Of a DNA stretch of 64,000 nucleotides, positions 46,991 through 59,601 are shown one piece after another. Location: the NCBI GenBank assembly GCA_035716845.1, contig DASTJE010000259.1, positions 2,638 through 66,637 of the forward strand, written 5' to 3'. Under the pieces are notes generated by a model. That model ran no database searches and was not told where the DNA came from. It was given only the letters and a program-made list of their open reading frames with translations. The stretch comes from Burkholderiaceae bacterium. Lineage in GTDB: Bacteria; Pseudomonadota; Gammaproteobacteria; Burkholderiales; Burkholderiaceae_C. A program made the position numbers and the translations under genes. Each line of letters opens with the position of its first letter. The stretch's first letter is position 1.

Positions 46991-47503
46991 ATGCTCTCAT
47001 TGCTTCGACGCGTCGCGTCGGCCTTCGCCCTGCTGGGCTCGGCCGTGGCCCTGGGCGCAGGCCTGATGGTCGTCACCAGCGTGGCGATGCGCGCTGCGGG
47101 CCACCGCCCGATCCAGGGCGACGTGGAGCTGACGCAGTTCGCCATTGCGCTGGCGATCTCGCTGGCCTTGCCGTGGTGCCAGCTGCGCGGCAGCAACATC
47201 ATCGTGGACTTCTTCACCCAGCGCCTGCGCGGGTCCGTCGTGCGGCGTCTGGACGGCATCGGCGCGCTGCTGATCGGTGCGATGTGCACCCTGCTGGCAT
47301 GGCGCACGTCGGTCGGTGCCGTGGCGGTGAGGGAGGCGACGGAGACGTCGATGATCCTGGCGCTGCCGATGTGGTGGGTGTATGCGTCGCTGGCGCCAGG
47401 GCTTGCTCTGGCTGCGCTGGTCGCGTTCGTGCAGGCAGGCCTGCATCTTCTGCAGCGGCCGCTGGGCACGCTGACCGGCGCCGCCGAGGGAGGCTCCGCG
47501 TGA
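46991..47503 (+). CDS. TRAP transporter small permease (DctQ)
   Basis: ORF 46991..47503, 170 aa with 4 TM-like segments. It sits between the P and M components. Confidence 0.85.
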   Translation: MLSLLRRVASAFALLGSAVALGAGLMVVTSVAMRAAGHRPIQGDVELTQFAIALAISLALPWCQLRGSNIIVDFFTQRLRGSVVRRLDGIGALLIGAMCTLLAWRTSVGAVAVREATETSMILALPMWWVYASLAPGLALAALVAFVQAGLHLLQRPLGTLTGAAEGGSA

Positions 47504-48828
47504 GCGCACCGTCGGTCGGGCTGCTGATGTTCGGCGGCATGCTGCTGCTGATGGCCGTGCGTGTGCCGATCGCCGCAGCCATGTTCATCCCCGGTGCGCT
47601 GGGGTACTGGGCGATGACCAACGACATGGCCCTGCTCAACCAGCTCAAGGGCAGCGCGGTCGCGCGCCTGACGGTGTACGACCTGAGCGTGATCCCGCTG
47701 TTCCTGCTGATGGGACAGTTCGCCACCCAGGGCGGGCTTTCGCGGGCGCTGTTCCAGGCCGCCGCCGCGTTCCTCGGCCACGTGCGAGGCGGGCTGGCCA
47801 TGGCCTCGGTGTTGGCCGCAGGCGCGTTCGGTGCGGTCTGCGGCTCCTCCGTCGCGACCTCCGCCACCATCACGCAGGTGGCCTATCCGGAGATGAGGCG
47901 CCATGGCTACCACGGGCGCCTGTCGACGGCGACGCTGGCCGCCGGTGGCACGCTCGGCATCCTGATCCCGCCCTCGGTGCCGCTCGTCGTCTACGGCATC
48001 CTGACCGAGCAGAACATCGCCAAGCTGTTCGCCGCGGCGATGGTGCCCGGCCTGATCGCGATGTGCGGCTACATGCTCGTCGTCGGCCTGGTCGCGCGAC
48101 GCCGCCCGGAGCTCGCACCTCCCACGCAATCCCTGCCGTGGCATCAGCGCTGGAAGGCGCTGCTCGCGATCTGGCCGATCGTGCTGATCTTCCTCGTCGT
48201 GTTCGGCGGCATCTATGGCGGTCTGTTCTCTCCCACCGAGGGCGCGGCGGTCGGTGCGGTGGGCACCTTCGTCGCCGCCTTCGCGCAGCGCGAGCTCACG
48301 CTGGAGGGCATCCGGCGCAGCTTCATCGGCACGGCCGAGACGAGCGCCATGGTGTTCATGATCTTCCTCGGTGCCGACATGATCAATTCGGCGCTCGCGC
48401 TCACGCAGATGCCGGCCGCCGTTGCCGATTGGGTGGGACACCTGCCGGTGGCGCCGCTGCTCATCGTCGGCGCGGTGCTGCTGCTGTACATCCTGCTCGG
48501 CGCGGTGATGGACGAGCTGTCGATGATGCTGCTGACGATCCCCGTCATCTTCCCGGCCATCATGCAGCTGCCGCTGCTGGGCCTCGCGCCCGAGCCCAAG
48601 GCAATCTGGTTCGGCATCCTCGTGCTGATGACCGTCAGCTTCGGCCTCATCGCGCCGCCGGTCGGCCTGAACGTCTACGTCGTCAACGGCATTGCAAAGG
48701 ATGTCTCGATGAACGAGACGTACAAGGGCGTGATGCCCTTCCTCGCCTGGGACCTGCTGCGCATGGCGCTGCTGCTCGTGTTCCCCGGCATCAGCCTCGG
48801 ACTGGTCACCCTGCTGTTCGGCAAGTGA
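47500..48828 (+). CDS. TRAP transporter large permease (DctM)
   Basis: It lies within ORF 47173..48828. The GTG overlaps the dctQ stop (GTGA). The product is a 442-aa polytopic protein. Confidence 0.92.
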   Translation: MSAPSVGLLMFGGMLLLMAVRVPIAAAMFIPGALGYWAMTNDMALLNQLKGSAVARLTVYDLSVIPLFLLMGQFATQGGLSRALFQAAAAFLGHVRGGLAMASVLAAGAFGAVCGSSVATSATITQVAYPEMRRHGYHGRLSTATLAAGGTLGILIPPSVPLVVYGILTEQNIAKLFAAAMVPGLIAMCGYMLVVGLVARRRPELAPPTQSLPWHQRWKALLAIWPIVLIFLVVFGGIYGGLFSPTEGAAVGAVGTFVAAFAQRELTLEGIRRSFIGTAETSAMVFMIFLGADMINSALALTQMPAAVADWVGHLPVAPLLIVGAVLLLYILLGAVMDELSMMLLTIPVIFPAIMQLPLLGLAPEPKAIWFGILVLMTVSFGLIAPPVGLNVYVVNGIAKDVSMNETYKGVMPFLAWDLLRMALLLVFPGISLGLVTLLFGK

Positions 48829-48851
48829 GCGCGGTTGACGCGCACCAATGA

Positions 48852-48877
48852 AAACGCCGCCCCGAGGGGCGGCGTTT
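48852..48877. terminator. Bidirectional hairpin terminator between dctM and the tRNA cluster
   Basis: AAACGCCGCCCC-GA-GGGGCGGCGTTT forms a 12-bp stem. On the minus strand it is followed by TTTTCATT, which terminates the gltX-tRNA transcript. Confidence 0.65.
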
Positions 48878-48890
48878 CACAGGCATCGTG

Positions 48891-48967
48891 TGGCGGAGCG
48901 GACGGGGCTCGAACCCGCGACCCCCGGCGTGACAGGCCGGTATTCTGACCAACTGAACTACCGCTCC
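48891..48967 (-). tRNA. tRNA-Asp (anticodon GTC)
   Basis: The reverse complement is GGAGCGGTAGTTCAGTTGGTCAGAATACCGGCCTGTCACGCCGGGGGTCGCGGGTTCGAGCCCCGTCCGCTCCGCCA, 77 nt. Confidence 0.95.
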
Positions 48968-49014
48968 GCGCGGTGGCAGCTTTCGAACCTTGCGGTTCCA
49001 AGCCCTGCCGAACT

Positions 49015-49090
49015 TGGCGTCCCCTAGGGGATTCGAACCCCTGTTACAACCGTGAAAGGGTCGTGTCCTAGGCCTCTAGACGAAGGGGAC
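49015..49090 (-). tRNA. tRNA-Glu (anticodon TTC)
   Basis: The reverse complement is GTCCCCTTCGTCTAGAGGCCTAGGACACGACCCTTTCACGGTTGTAACAGGGGTTCGAATCCCCTAGGGGACGCCA, 76 nt. Confidence 0.95.
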
Positions 49091-49127
49091 TGGATCCTTC
49101 TCCTGCACGAACCGCGCGCTGCTTGGT

Positions 49128-49203
<76 letters not shown>

Positions 49204-49275
49204 GTGTCACTGGTTGCGTGACTCACCGGAAGCGGCGACGCCGTTCAAGCAAGACCGCGATTATAGACACGAATT

Positions 49276-50664
49276 TCAGACCTGCGAGAGGCGCTGCAAA
49301 ACCTGATCGCGGGAGAAGAGGGCCAGCACGGCATCGATCGACGGCGTCTGTGCACGCCCGCACACCAGCACGCGCAACGCCGGCGCCAACTGCGGCATCT
49401 TCAGGCCGTGGGCGGCGAGAACGCCCTTCATCGCGGCAGCGATCGCGCCCGCGCTCCATTCGGTGGTGGTGAGGCGCTCGCGCAGATCGCGGATCGCAGG
49501 CCGTGCCGCCGCGCCGACGTGGGCCGCGACATCGGCCTCGCTCGGCCTGACCGTCACGAAGTACATCTGCACCCAGTCTGCGATGTCGACCGTCGTGTTG
49601 CAGCGGTCCTTGAAGAGGGCACAGGCCCGAGCAAGGTGGCCGAGGTCTGCGGCCTCGATGCCGCGCCGCGCCAGTTGTGCCTGCACGAGTCCCGCAAGGC
49701 GCGAATCGCCGGCCTGCTTGACGTAGTGCGCATTGACCCAGGCGAGCTTGGCCGGATCCCATTGCGCCGGGCTCTTGGCCAGGTGGCTGCCGTCGAACCA
49801 GGCCACCATCTGCTCACGCGAGAACAGTTCGTCGTCGCCATGGCTCCAGCCCAGTCGCGCGAGGTAGTTGAGCATGGCCTCCGGAAGGTAGCCCATCTCC
49901 TCGTAGGCGGTCACGCTGACCGCACCGCGGCGCTTGCTCAGCTTCAGGCCGTCCTCGCCGAGGATGATCGGATGGTGGCCGTACTGCGGCGGCGCGAGGC
50001 CGAGGGCCCGGAACAGGTTGATCTGCCACGGCGTGTTGTTGATGTGCTCGTCGCCGCGGAAGACGTGCGTGATCGCCATGTCCCAGTCGTCGACCACCAC
50101 CGCGAAGTTGTAGGTCGGCACCCCGTCGGGCCGCACCAGGATCAGATCGTCGATCTCCTCGTTGGCGATCGAGATCGGACCCTTGACCAGGTCGTCCCAG
50201 GTCACCACGCCGCGCATCGGGTTCTTGAAACGGATCACCGGCGCCACGCCCTCGGGCACCGGCGGCAGTGTCTTGCCCGCCTCGGGACGCCAGCGGCCGT
50301 CGTAGCGCGTCTTCTCGCCGCGTGCACGCTGCGCCTCGCGCATGGCCTCGAGCTCCTCGGGCGAGCACCAGCAGCGGTAGGCGTGCCCGGAGGCGATCAA
50401 CTGCTCGGCCACCGCCTGGTAGCGCTCCAGGCGCTGCATCTGGTAGTACGGCCCCTCGTCGTAGTCGAGGCCGAGCCAGCGCATGGCCGCGAGGATCTGC
50501 TCCACCGACTCCTGCGTCGAGCGTGCGACGTCGGTGTCCTCGATGCGCAGGACGAACTGGCCGCCATGGTGGCGGGCGTAGGCCCAGGAATACAGCGCGG
50601 TGCGCGCAGTGCCCAGGTGCAGGAATCCCGTCGGCGACGGGGCGATTCGGGTACGGACAGTCAT
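49276..50664 (-). CDS. gltX: Glutamate--tRNA ligase
   Basis: ORF 49276..50664. The N-terminus is [22 protein letters not shown] (HIGH), and KLSKR (KMSKS) is present. Confidence 0.95.
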   Translation of the reverse strand: MTVRTRIAPSPTGFLHLGTARTALYSWAYARHHGGQFVLRIEDTDVARSTQESVEQILAAMRWLGLDYDEGPYYQMQRLERYQAVAEQLIASGHAYRCWCSPEELEAMREAQRARGEKTRYDGRWRPEAGKTLPPVPEGVAPVIRFKNPMRGVVTWDDLVKGPISIANEEIDDLILVRPDGVPTYNFAVVVDDWDMAITHVFRGDEHINNTPWQINLFRALGLAPPQYGHHPIILGEDGLKLSKRRGAVSVTAYEEMGYLPEAMLNYLARLGWSHGDDELFSREQMVAWFDGSHLAKSPAQWDPAKLAWVNAHYVKQAGDSRLAGLVQAQLARRGIEAADLGHLARACALFKDRCNTTVDIADWVQMYFVTVRPSEADVAAHVGAAARPAIRDLRERLTTTEWSAGAIAAAMKGVLAAHGLKMPQLAPALRVLVCGRAQTPSIDAVLALFSRDQVLQRLSQV

Positions 50665-51881
50665 GCCTTGGATGCCGCCAGGCCGCGCGCCAGGTCGGCC
50701 TTGAGGTCGTCGGGATGCTCGAGGCCCACGGCCAGACGGATCATGCCTTGCGTGATGCCGGCGGCCAGGCGTTGCGCCTCGGTGAGGCGGCCATGCGAGG
50801 TGCTCGCGGGGTGCGTGATGGTGGTCTTCACGTCACCGAGGTTGGCGGTGATCGAGCAGATGCGCGTGGCGTCGATAGCCGCGAAGGCGCCGAGGCGCCC
50901 GCCCTTGACGACGAAGGACACCACCGAGCCGCCCTGCCCCGACTGCTGGCGCATCGCCAGCGCGTGCTGGGGATGCGACGCCAGCCCGGGGTGGAAGACG
51001 CGCTCGACCTGCGGCTGTGCCTCGAGCCAGCGCGCGATCTCCAGGGCGCGTTCGCTTTGCGCCCGCACGCGCAGCGCCAAGGTCTCCAGACCCTTGAGGA
51101 CCACCCACGCGTTGAACGGCGACAGGCTCATGCCGGCGCTGCGCATCACCGGCACGAACTTCTCGTCGATGAAGGCCTCGCGGCCGCACAAAGCGCCGGC
51201 GATGACCCGCCCCTGGCCGTCCAGGAACTTGGTGCCCGAATGCATCACGAGATCGGCCCCCAGCGCGATCGGCTGCTGCAGCGCCGGCGAGCAGAAGCAG
51301 TTGTCCACGCACAGCTGCGCGCCGGCACGGTGCGCGATGTCGGCCAGCGCGGCGATGTCGCACACCTCGGTCAGCGGGTTGCTGGGCGTCTCCGCGAACA
51401 GCAGGCGCGTGGCGGGCCGCACGGCGGCACGCCAGGCGTCGAGATCCGTCTGCGGGACGAACGTGGTCTCGACGCCGTACTTGGCGAAGTCCTGCAGCAG
51501 CTTGATGGTCGACCCGAAGACCGACTGCGAGCACACCACGTGGTCGCCGCCCTTGAGCGTGCCCATGATCAGCAGCAGGATCGCGGCCATGCCGCTGGCC
51601 GTGCCGATCGCCGCCTGCGCCCCTTCGAGCGCTGCCAGGCGGCGCTCCATCATCGTCACCGTGGGATTCGAGAATCGGCTGTAGACGAAGGCCTCCTCCT
51701 CGTTGGCGAAGCGCGCCGCCGCAGTGGCCGCGTCCGGATGCACGAAGGAACTCGTCAGGAACAGCGCCTCAGAATTCTCGCCCCAGGGCGAGGGCGGCAG
51801 CCCCTCGCGCACCGCCAGCGTCTCGATGTGCAAGCCGGGCGGCAGGTCGAGGCGGGGCAGGGATTTCCGTCCGGTGCTCAT
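50661..51881 (-). CDS. metZ: O-succinylhomoserine sulfhydrylase (Cys/Met-metabolism PLP enzyme)
   Basis: ORF 50661..51881. A PLP-Lys context ([11 protein letters not shown]) is present. The position between purF and downstream genes is typical of metZ in beta- and gamma-proteobacteria. Confidence 0.85.
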   Translation of the reverse strand: MSTGRKSLPRLDLPPGLHIETLAVREGLPPSPWGENSEALFLTSSFVHPDAATAAARFANEEEAFVYSRFSNPTVTMMERRLAALEGAQAAIGTASGMAAILLLIMGTLKGGDHVVCSQSVFGSTIKLLQDFAKYGVETTFVPQTDLDAWRAAVRPATRLLFAETPSNPLTEVCDIAALADIAHRAGAQLCVDNCFCSPALQQPIALGADLVMHSGTKFLDGQGRVIAGALCGREAFIDEKFVPVMRSAGMSLSPFNAWVVLKGLETLALRVRAQSERALEIARWLEAQPQVERVFHPGLASHPQHALAMRQQSGQGGSVVSFVVKGGRLGAFAAIDATRICSITANLGDVKTTITHPASTSHGRLTEAQRLAAGITQGMIRLAVGLEHPDDLKADLARGLAASKA

Positions 51882-53392
51882 GCACCCTCCACTGCGCCCT
51901 GCAGCGCCAGCCGCCCGTTGCCGCCGTCGTCCTCGTCGTCGAACTGCAGGCGGCGCTGCGCCTCGATGGCGGCGAAGTCCTGTGCCGTCACGTCGCCGGT
52001 GATGTAGTGTCCGTCGAAGCAGCTGGCCTCGAAGCCGTCGAGCTTCGGATTGAGCGCCTTGACCACGCGCTTCATCGCATCGACATCCTGGTAGACCAAG
52101 GCGTCCGCCCCGATGAACTGGCGGATCTCCTCGACGCTGCGCGTGGCCGCGATCAGTTCCTCGCGCGTGGGCATGTCGATGCCGTACACATTGGGGAAGC
52201 GCACCGGCGGAGCGGCCGACGCCATGTACACCTTGCGGGCCCCTGCCTCGCGTGCCATCTGCACGATCTCCTTGCTGGTGGTCCCGCGCACGATCGAGTC
52301 ATCCACCAGCAGCACGTTGCGGCCACGGAATTCCTGGGCGATGGCATTGAGCTTCTGGCGCACGCTCTTCTTGCGTACCGACTGGCCGGGCATGATGAAG
52401 GTGCGCCCGACGTAGCGGTTCTTGACGAAGCCCTCGCGATAGGGCTTGCCGATCTTGTGCGCGAGCTGCATCGCGCTGGGGCGGCTCGACTCGGGGATCG
52501 GGATCACGACGTCGATCTCCGACGGCGGCATCGTCGAGATGAGGCGCTGCGCCAGTGTCTCGCCCATGTTCAGCCGCGCCTGGTAGACGGACACGCCATC
52601 CATCACGGAGTCGGGGCGTGCCAGATAGACGTACTCGAACATGCAGGGATTGAGCGTCGGCGCATCGGCACACTGGCGCGTGTGCACATTGCCCTCGAGG
52701 TCGATGAACAGCGCCTCGCCGGGCGCCACGTCGCGTGCCAGGCGATGGCCCGTGCCCTCGAGGGCCACGCTCTCGCTGGCCACCATCACCTCGCCGCCCT
52801 CCGAGAAGCCGTACACCATGGGCCGGATGCCGTAGGGGTCGCGAAACGCCAGCAAGCCGTGACCGGCGATGAGCGCGATCACTGCGTAGGAGCCCCTGAT
52901 GCGGCGGTGCACGGCGGCGACCGCCTTGAACACGTCGTCCGGCGTCAGGGGCACTTCGCGTGCCGCCGTCTCGATCTCGTGCGCGAGGATGTTGATCAGC
53001 ACCTCGGTGTCGCTCTCGGTGTTGATGTGGCGCCGGTCGATGTCGAACAGTTCGTCCTTGAGCGCGTGCGCATTGGTGAGGTTGCCGTTGTGCACCAGCA
53101 CGATGCCGTATGGCGCGTTGACGTAGAAAGGCTGCGCCTCTTCCTCGCTGTAGGCGTTGCCGGCGGTCGGGTAGCGCACCTGGCCCAGGCCCACGTTGCC
53201 CGGCAGCGCACGCATGTTGCGGGTGCGGAAGACGTCGCGCACCATCCCGCGCGCCTTGTGCATGAAGCACTTGGTCCCCAGCATCGTGACGATGCCGGCC
53301 GCGTCCTGGCCGCGATGCTGCAGCAGCAGCAGCGCGTCATAGATCAGCTGGTTGACGGGAGACTTTCCGATGACGCCGACGATGCCGCACAC
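51878..53392 (-). CDS. purF: Amidophosphoribosyltransferase
   Basis: It lies within ORF 51878..53626. A GTG start is followed by CGIVGVIG (N-terminal nucleophile Cys). The PRPP motif [13 protein letters not shown] is present. Confidence 0.95.
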   Translation of the reverse strand: MCGIVGVIGKSPVNQLIYDALLLLQHRGQDAAGIVTMLGTKCFMHKARGMVRDVFRTRNMRALPGNVGLGQVRYPTAGNAYSEEEAQPFYVNAPYGIVLVHNGNLTNAHALKDELFDIDRRHINTESDTEVLINILAHEIETAAREVPLTPDDVFKAVAAVHRRIRGSYAVIALIAGHGLLAFRDPYGIRPMVYGFSEGGEVMVASESVALEGTGHRLARDVAPGEALFIDLEGNVHTRQCADAPTLNPCMFEYVYLARPDSVMDGVSVYQARLNMGETLAQRLISTMPPSEIDVVIPIPESSRPSAMQLAHKIGKPYREGFVKNRYVGRTFIMPGQSVRKKSVRQKLNAIAQEFRGRNVLLVDDSIVRGTTSKEIVQMAREAGARKVYMASAAPPVRFPNVYGIDMPTREELIAATRSVEEIRQFIGADALVYQDVDAMKRVVKALNPKLDGFEASCFDGHYITGDVTAQDFAAIEAQRRLQFDDEDDGGNGRLALQGAVEGA

Positions 53393-53405
53393 GATGGAGT
53401 TCCTT

Positions 53406-53915
53406 TCAGGCCGGCAGGTGCCGGGCCACCGCTTCGGGCAGCACCGGCTTGAGGCCATGCAACAGGGCGCCCAGCCAGACGGCGCCACGTGAATCCTGCC
53501 ACGCCGGGGACCGCACCGCGGGCGTGAGGGAGACGACGGTGGCCGCGACGAGGAGCAGCACGGCGCCGCGCAGCAAACCGAACAGCGCCCCCAGCACGCG
53601 ATCGGCCATTTGCAGCGGCGTCGCATGCACGAGCGTGCGCAGCAGGCGCGACATCAGGGCCCACAGCAGCAGAGCAAGCACGAAGGCCGCCACGAGACCC
53701 GCCGCCTGGTTCAACGCACCGCCGGCTTGCCCGACCGGCAGCCACGCGGCCAGCACCGGACCGGCGAACTGGGCGGCGATGTAGGCCGCCAGCCATCCCA
53801 GCAGCGAAAGTACCTCGAACAGCAGGCCGCGCCACACGCCCACCGCCACCGACAGCACCAACACCGCCAGCAGCGCCCAGTCGACCCAGCCGAGCGCCGG
53901 CAGCCCGGCGGTCAT
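53406..53915 (-). CDS. cvpA: CvpA-family membrane protein (colicin V production protein)
   Basis: It lies within ORF 53406..54929. The start is [30 protein letters not shown]. It has 4 TM segments and sits directly upstream of purF. Confidence 0.88.
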   Translation of the reverse strand: MTAGLPALGWVDWALLAVLVLSVAVGVWRGLLFEVLSLLGWLAAYIAAQFAGPVLAAWLPVGQAGGALNQAAGLVAAFVLALLLWALMSRLLRTLVHATPLQMADRVLGALFGLLRGAVLLLVAATVVSLTPAVRSPAWQDSRGAVWLGALLHGLKPVLPEAVARHLPA

Positions 53916-54637
53916 AGGGTCAGCACCGCGCCCGGCAGACCCGCCGCCTTCAGCCGCGCCGCCACCTTGTCCGCTTCGTCGCGCGTGGCGAAGGGCCCGA
54001 CGCGCACGCGGGTGCGTTTGCCGCCCGCGGTCTCGACGACCTGGGTGTAGGTGCTCAAGCCGAGCTTGTCGACTTTGGCGCGGACTTCGCGTACGGCCGC
54101 ACTCTCGGCAAAGGCGCCCACCTGCACCACGAACCGTCCGCCCTCGGACGCGGGCACCGCCGGCTTGGGTTCGGGGCTCGCGGCCGCGCGCGGCGCGGCG
54201 GCGGGCTCCGCCTTCGGCGCTGGCCGCACCTCGGCCGGGGACGCCGACTTCGACTCCGGCTTGGGCGGCGTGGCCGCCACCGCCGGCGCGGCCTGGGATG
54301 CCGCTGCGGCCGCAGGCACCGCGTCGCGCGGCGCCTCGGCGCGCGTCTCGGTGATGACGGGCTGCGACGCCGTGGCCGCAGGCCGTGGCGCCGGCACCGC
54401 CAGCGGGGGCAGCCCTTCCTTGCGTGGGATCTCGATCGGAATGTCCACCGGGATCGGCCGCGGCTGGGTCTCGAAGATCAGCGGGAAGGCGATCACGCCC
54501 AGCCCGAGCAGCACCATCGCACCGATCAAGCGGCGCCGCGCGCTGACGCGGGCGTTGGCCACCAGTGATTGATCCGCCGCAGCGCCGGTGGCCGGCGACG
54601 GCGTGTCTTGGCGCTTGAGGATGGAAAACAGACCCAT
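53912..54637 (-). CDS. SPOR-domain cell-division protein (DedD-like)
   Basis: ORF 53912..54637. It has an N-terminal TM segment, a Pro/Ala linker, and a C-terminal SPOR domain (FVVQVGAF...RVRVGPFATRDEADKVAARLK). Confidence 0.8.
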   Translation of the reverse strand: MGLFSILKRQDTPSPATGAAADQSLVANARVSARRRLIGAMVLLGLGVIAFPLIFETQPRPIPVDIPIEIPRKEGLPPLAVPAPRPAATASQPVITETRAEAPRDAVPAAAAASQAAPAVAATPPKPESKSASPAEVRPAPKAEPAAAPRAAASPEPKPAVPASEGGRFVVQVGAFAESAAVREVRAKVDKLGLSTYTQVVETAGGKRTRVRVGPFATRDEADKVAARLKAAGLPGAVLTL

Positions 54638-54669
54638 GGGTGGCGATGTGCGGGCAGTCGGAACAGGGC

Positions 54670-55971
54670 TCAGCGCGACGTATGCGGGGCGCCCAGTCTC
54701 GGCAGGCCTTGCGCCAGCACGCCACCCACGGTGTAGAAGGAGCCGAACACCAAAATTCTATCAGCGGGGTCCGCGGCCTCGAGGGCGGCCGCCAGCGCTT
54801 GCGCAGGGCTGGCATGGGTGCTGACCGGCGGCACCGCACGGCCCTTGCGGGGCACCTGCGCCACGATCTGCGCCAGTTCGCCAGCCCGTGCCGCCCGCGG
54901 CAGGGGCAGGTCGGTGCAATACCAGGCATCGATCAACGGAGCCACGCGCGCGATCACGCCGGCGAGGTCCTTGTCGCGCATGGCGCCGAAGACCGCATGC
55001 GTGCGCGGATGGAAACCCATCGCATCCAGGTTGAGCGCCAGCGCCGCCACCGCATGCGGGTTATGGGCCACGTCGAGCACCAGCGTGGGCTGACCAGGCA
55101 CGATCTGGAAACGCCCCGGCAACGAGACGGCGGCCAGTCCTTGGCGCACTGCCTGGGCCGACACCGGCAGCCGCTCCCTCATCGCCTCGAACGCGGCCAG
55201 CACGCCCGCGGCGTTCAGGAGCTGGTTGGCGCCGCGCAGGGCCGGATAGGCCAGACCGCTGTAACGCCGCCCGCGCCCGGTCCAGGACCATTGCTGCCGG
55301 TCGCCGCCATGCGCGAAGTCGCGCCCGACGAGCCACAGGTCCGCGCCGATCGCCGCCGCATGGTCGACCACCGACCGCGGCGGCACGGGGTCGCTGACGA
55401 TGGCAGGCCGGCCGGGGCGCATCACGTGGGCCTTCTCGCGCCCGATGCTTTCCCGGTCCGGGCCGAGGTACTCCTGGTGATCGAGGTCGATGCTGGTGAT
55501 CACCACGCAATCCGCGTCGATCGCGTTCACCGCATCGAGCCGGCCGCCAAGCCCCACCTCGAGGATGACGAGGTCGAGCGGCTGTGTGGCCAGGCAGCGC
55601 AGGATGGCCAGCGTCGTGAACTCGAAGTAGGTCAGCGTGATGTCGCCGCGTGCAGCCTCCACGGCCTCGAAATGCGGCAGCAGTGCCTCGGCCTCCACCG
55701 GGGCACCGCGCACGCGGCACCGCTCCTCGAAGTGCACCAGGTGCGGCTTGATGTAGAGCCCGACGCGGTAGCCGGCGGCCAGGGCGATCGATTCCAGCAT
55801 CGCGCAGGTCGAGCCCTTGCCGTTGGTGCCCGCGACCGTGACGACCGTGCAGTCGAAGCGCAGCCCGAGCCGCTCGCGCACGACGCGCGTGCGCTCGAGC
55901 GTCATGTCGATCGTCTTGGGATGCAGTCGCTCGCAGTGCGCGAGCCAGTCGTCGAGCGTTGCGGGCGTCAC
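54670..55971 (-). CDS. folC: Bifunctional folylpolyglutamate synthase / dihydrofolate synthase
   Basis: It lies within ORF 54670..56460. The GTG overlaps the accD stop (GTGA). The P-loop [10 protein letters not shown] is present. Confidence 0.92.
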   Translation of the reverse strand: MTPATLDDWLAHCERLHPKTIDMTLERTRVVRERLGLRFDCTVVTVAGTNGKGSTCAMLESIALAAGYRVGLYIKPHLVHFEERCRVRGAPVEAEALLPHFEAVEAARGDITLTYFEFTTLAILRCLATQPLDLVILEVGLGGRLDAVNAIDADCVVITSIDLDHQEYLGPDRESIGREKAHVMRPGRPAIVSDPVPPRSVVDHAAAIGADLWLVGRDFAHGGDRQQWSWTGRGRRYSGLAYPALRGANQLLNAAGVLAAFEAMRERLPVSAQAVRQGLAAVSLPGRFQIVPGQPTLVLDVAHNPHAVAALALNLDAMGFHPRTHAVFGAMRDKDLAGVIARVAPLIDAWYCTDLPLPRAARAGELAQIVAQVPRKGRAVPPVSTHASPAQALAAALEAADPADRILVFGSFYTVGGVLAQGLPRLGAPHTSR

Positions 55972-56840
55972 GCCACCGCGTCGGCGCTCTGGCGCTGCAG
56001 CATCGCCAGCAGCCGTGCCACCGTGCCACGCAGCTGGCGCCGGTCGACGATCATGTCCACCGCGCCCTTGCTCTGCAGGAACTCGCTGCGCTGAAAGCCC
56101 TCGGGCAGCTTCTCGCGCACCGTGTTCTCGATCACGCGCGGGCCGGCGAATCCGATCAGCGCCTTCGGCTCGGCGATCACCACGTCGCCCATGAAGGCAA
56201 AGCCGGCCGACACGCCGCCCATCGTCGGGTCGGTGAGGATGCTGATGTAGGGCAGCCGCGCCTTGGCGAGCCGGGTCAGCGACGCGTTCGTCTTGGCCAT
56301 CTGCATCAGGCTGAGCAGCCCTTCCTGCATGCGCGCGCCGCCGGTGGCGGTGAAGCAGACGAAGGGCACCTTCTGCTCGATCGCCGCATGCACGCCGCGC
56401 ACGAAGCGCTCGCCGACCACTGACCCCATCGAGCCGCCCATGAAGTCGAACTCGAAGCACGCGGCCACCAGGGGGATGGTGTGCACCGCGCCGCCGACGA
56501 CGATCAGCGCGTCGGTCTCGCCGGTGGCCTCGAGCGCGTCACGCAGGCGCTCGGGGTACTTCTTGCTGTCCTTGAACTTGAGTGCATCGACCGGCACCAC
56601 CTCCTGGCCGATCTCGTAACGCCCTTCCGGGTCGAGGAAGGCATCCAGGCGTGCCCGCGCGCCGATGCGGTGATGGTGGTCGCACTTGGGGCAGACGTTG
56701 AGGTTCTGGTCGAGGTCGGTCTTGTAGAGCACCGTCTCGCACGAGGGGCACTTGATCCACAGGCCCTCGGGCACCGTGCGGCGCTCGCTCGGGTCGGTGG
56801 GTTGGATCTTGGGCGGAAGCAGTTTCTCGAGCCAGCTCAT
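55968..56840 (-). CDS. accD: Acetyl-CoA carboxylase carboxyltransferase subunit beta
   Basis: ORF 55968..56840. It has a Zn ribbon (CPSC...CPKC) and a carboxyltransferase core (GGARMQEG). Confidence 0.95.
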   Translation of the reverse strand: MSWLEKLLPPKIQPTDPSERRTVPEGLWIKCPSCETVLYKTDLDQNLNVCPKCDHHHRIGARARLDAFLDPEGRYEIGQEVVPVDALKFKDSKKYPERLRDALEATGETDALIVVGGAVHTIPLVAACFEFDFMGGSMGSVVGERFVRGVHAAIEQKVPFVCFTATGGARMQEGLLSLMQMAKTNASLTRLAKARLPYISILTDPTMGGVSAGFAFMGDVVIAEPKALIGFAGPRVIENTVREKLPEGFQRSEFLQSKGAVDMIVDRRQLRGTVARLLAMLQRQSADAVA

Positions 56841-56855
56841 GCGAGGGATCCTTGT

Positions 56856-57656
56856 TCAAACTGCGTCGAGGGCCGCGCGGATCTCGGCGATGAAGGCCGC
56901 GGCCGTGGGGGCGAGAGTATCGCGCGTTTGGGCCTCCAGGAGTTGCACCAGGCGCGAGCCGATCACCACGGCATCCGCCGCGCGGCCCACGGCCTGCGCC
57001 GTGGCGGCATCACGAATGCCGAAGCCCACGCCGACCGGCACGCTCACGTGGGCGCGGATGCGCGGCAGCATGGCGGCCACCGCCTCGGTGTCGAGATGGC
57101 CCGCCCCGGTCACCCCTTTCAGCGACACGTAATAGACGTATCCGCTGGCGATGCGACCCACCTCGGCCATGCGCGCGTCGGTGGACGTCGGCGCGAGCAG
57201 GAAGATCGGGTCGAGTCCCGCATGCCGCAGAGCGGCCGCGAAGGCCGTGGCCTCTTCCGGCGGGTAGTCCACGACCAGCACGCCATCGACACCGGCGGCC
57301 TTGGCCTCGGCGATGAAGCGCGCCACGCCGAAGCGCTCGATCGGGTTGGCATAGCCCATCAGCACGACCGGTGTCCGGTCGTCGCCCTGCCGGAATGCGC
57401 GCACGTAGCCCAGCACCTGCGGCAAGCCCACGCCCTTGGCCAGCGCCCGCTCCGACGCCTTCTGGATCACCGGCCCGTCGGCCATCGGGTCGGAAAACGG
57501 CACGCCTAGCTCGATCACGTCGGCGCCCGCTCCGGCCAGCGCATGCATCACCTCGACGGTGGCCTCGGGCAGCGGGTCGCCGGCGCAGATGTAGGGAATC
57601 AGCGCCTTGCGCCGGTCGCGCTGCAGGGTGGCGAAGGTGGCGGCGATCCGGCTCAT
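56856..57656 (-). CDS. trpA: Tryptophan synthase alpha chain
   Basis: ORF 56856..57656. The motifs [17 protein letters not shown] and [10 protein letters not shown] are present. Confidence 0.95.
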   Translation of the reverse strand: MSRIAATFATLQRDRRKALIPYICAGDPLPEATVEVMHALAGAGADVIELGVPFSDPMADGPVIQKASERALAKGVGLPQVLGYVRAFRQGDDRTPVVLMGYANPIERFGVARFIAEAKAAGVDGVLVVDYPPEEATAFAAALRHAGLDPIFLLAPTSTDARMAEVGRIASGYVYYVSLKGVTGAGHLDTEAVAAMLPRIRAHVSVPVGVGFGIRDAATAQAVGRAADAVVIGSRLVQLLEAQTRDTLAPTAAAFIAEIRAALDAV

Positions 57657-58927
57657 CGCTTCACCCCCTGTCCCTGGCAGGACGGCCGGCAGTAGAACGC
57701 TGCGCCGCTCAGGTCGGCCACGGTGCCGATGTCCTTGTCACCGCGCCCGGACAGGTTGACGAGCAGGTGCTGGTCGGGCCGCATCGTGACGGCCAACTTC
57801 ATCGCCTGCGCCACCGCATGGCTCGACTCCAGCGCCGGGATGATGCCCTCGGTGCGGCACAGGCGGTGGAATGCGGAAAGCGCCTCGTCATCGGTGATGC
57901 CCACGTACTCCGCGCGGCCGATGTCCTTCAGGTACGCGTGCTCCGGCCCCACGCCCGGGTAGTCGAGACCGGCCGAGATCGAGTGCGTCTCGGTGATCTG
58001 CCCGTTCGCGTCCTGCAGCAGGTAGGTGCGGTTGCCGTGCAGCACGCCCGGCGAGCCGGCCGACAGCGACGCCGCGTGCTTGCCCGAGGCCAGGCCCTGC
58101 CCCGCTGCCTCGACGCCGATCAGGCGCACCTGCTCGTGGGCGATGTACGGATAGAAGATGCCCATCGCGTTGCTGCCGCCGCCCACGCAGGCGATCACCG
58201 CGTCGGGCTGTCGGCCGGCCGGGCCTCCAAGGGACTCGATCATCTCCGGCATCTGCACGAGGCACTCGTCGCCGATCACGCGCTGGAAGTCGCGCACCAT
58301 CATCGGGTAGGGGTGCGGGCCGGCCACGGTGCCGATGATGTAGAACGTGTTCTCGACGTTGGTGACCCAGTCGCGCAGCGCCTCGTTGAGCGCATCCTTG
58401 AGCGTCTTGCTGCCGGACTCCACCGGCACCACCCTGGCGCCCAGCAGGTGCATGCGGTAGACGTTGGGCGACTGGCGCTTGACGTCCTCGCTACCCATGT
58501 AGACCACGCACTCCATGCCGTAGCGTGCCGCCACGGTCGCGGTGGCCACGCCGTGCTGGCCGGCGCCGGTCTCGGCGATCACGCGCGGCTTGCCCATGCG
58601 CCTGGCCAGCAGCGCCTGGCCGATGGTGTTGTTGACCTTGTGAGCGCCGGTGTGGTTGAGATCCTCGCGCTTGAGGTGGATCTGCGCCCCGCCGAGTTCG
58701 CGCGACAGGCGCTCGCAGTGGTACACCGGGCTCGGGCGGCCGACGAAGTGCTTGAGCTCGCGTTCGAACTCGGCAACGAACGCGGGGTCGCGCCGGTAGT
58801 GCTCGTAGGCCGCCTTGAGTTCGTCCAGAGCGTGGATCAGCGTCTCGGCGACGAAGGTGCCACCGTAATAGGTGTCGTTGACAGGCCCGAAGTGCCCGCG
58901 GGCGTCGGGCTGCTGGTAGTTCAACAT
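57653..58927 (-). CDS. trpB: Tryptophan synthase beta chain
   Basis: ORF 57653..58927. The motifs [16 protein letters not shown] and GGGSNAMG are present. The stop overlaps the trpA start by 4 nt. Confidence 0.97.
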   Translation of the reverse strand: MLNYQQPDARGHFGPVNDTYYGGTFVAETLIHALDELKAAYEHYRRDPAFVAEFERELKHFVGRPSPVYHCERLSRELGGAQIHLKREDLNHTGAHKVNNTIGQALLARRMGKPRVIAETGAGQHGVATATVAARYGMECVVYMGSEDVKRQSPNVYRMHLLGARVVPVESGSKTLKDALNEALRDWVTNVENTFYIIGTVAGPHPYPMMVRDFQRVIGDECLVQMPEMIESLGGPAGRQPDAVIACVGGGSNAMGIFYPYIAHEQVRLIGVEAAGQGLASGKHAASLSAGSPGVLHGNRTYLLQDANGQITETHSISAGLDYPGVGPEHAYLKDIGRAEYVGITDDEALSAFHRLCRTEGIIPALESSHAVAQAMKLAVTMRPDQHLLVNLSGRGDKDIGTVADLSGAAFYCRPSCQGQGVKR

Positions 58928-58944
58928 CGTGAGGGTCTTTCGAT

Positions 58945-59589
58945 TCAGGTCTCGAGGGCGGCGAGCCGCTGGTCGGCCTCGCGCACCGCCTCGCAGAACC
59001 GGCGCATCAGCGCGGCATCCTTGATGCCCTTGCTGGACTCCACGCCGGAGCTGACATCAACCGCGAACGGTCGGACGTGCAGCACCCCATCGATCACGTT
59101 TGCAGGATTCAACCCACCAGACAAAACGAGCGGACAGCGGACGGCGGCGGGAATGAGTGACCAATCGAACACCTTGCCGCCACCGCCATAGCCCTCGACG
59201 TGAGCGTCGAGCAGCAGCGCGGCAGCGCTCTTGAAACGATGCGCCCAGTCTAGCAAATCGACCCCCGGGCCCATCCGCACGGCACGCACGTAGCGCCGTG
59301 CGGCGGCGCCGCACTCGACGGGGGTCTCGTCGCCGTGGAATTGCAGCACGGCCTGCGGCAACGCCTGCGCCGCCTCGCGAACACGGTCAGCCCCGGCGTT
59401 CACGAACAGCAGCACCGGCGTCACGAAGGGCGGCAAGGCCGCAGCCAGGGCCACGGCACGCTCCAGCCCGACATGGCGCGGGCTATGGGGATAGAGCACG
59501 AAGCCGATCGCGTCGACCCCGGCCGCCACGGCCGCTTCGACGTCGGCCTCGCGCGTCAGGCCGCAGATCTTGATGCGCGTGCGCCGCAT
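58945..59589 (-). CDS. trpF: Phosphoribosylanthranilate isomerase
   Basis: ORF 58945..59589. The motifs RIKICGLT and [10 protein letters not shown] are present. Confidence 0.92.
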   Translation of the reverse strand: MRRTRIKICGLTREADVEAAVAAGVDAIGFVLYPHSPRHVGLERAVALAAALPPFVTPVLLFVNAGADRVREAAQALPQAVLQFHGDETPVECGAAARRYVRAVRMGPGVDLLDWAHRFKSAAALLLDAHVEGYGGGGKVFDWSLIPAAVRCPLVLSGGLNPANVIDGVLHVRPFAVDVSSGVESSKGIKDAALMRRFCEAVREADQRLAALET

Positions 59590-59601
59590 CAGGCCACCCC
59601 C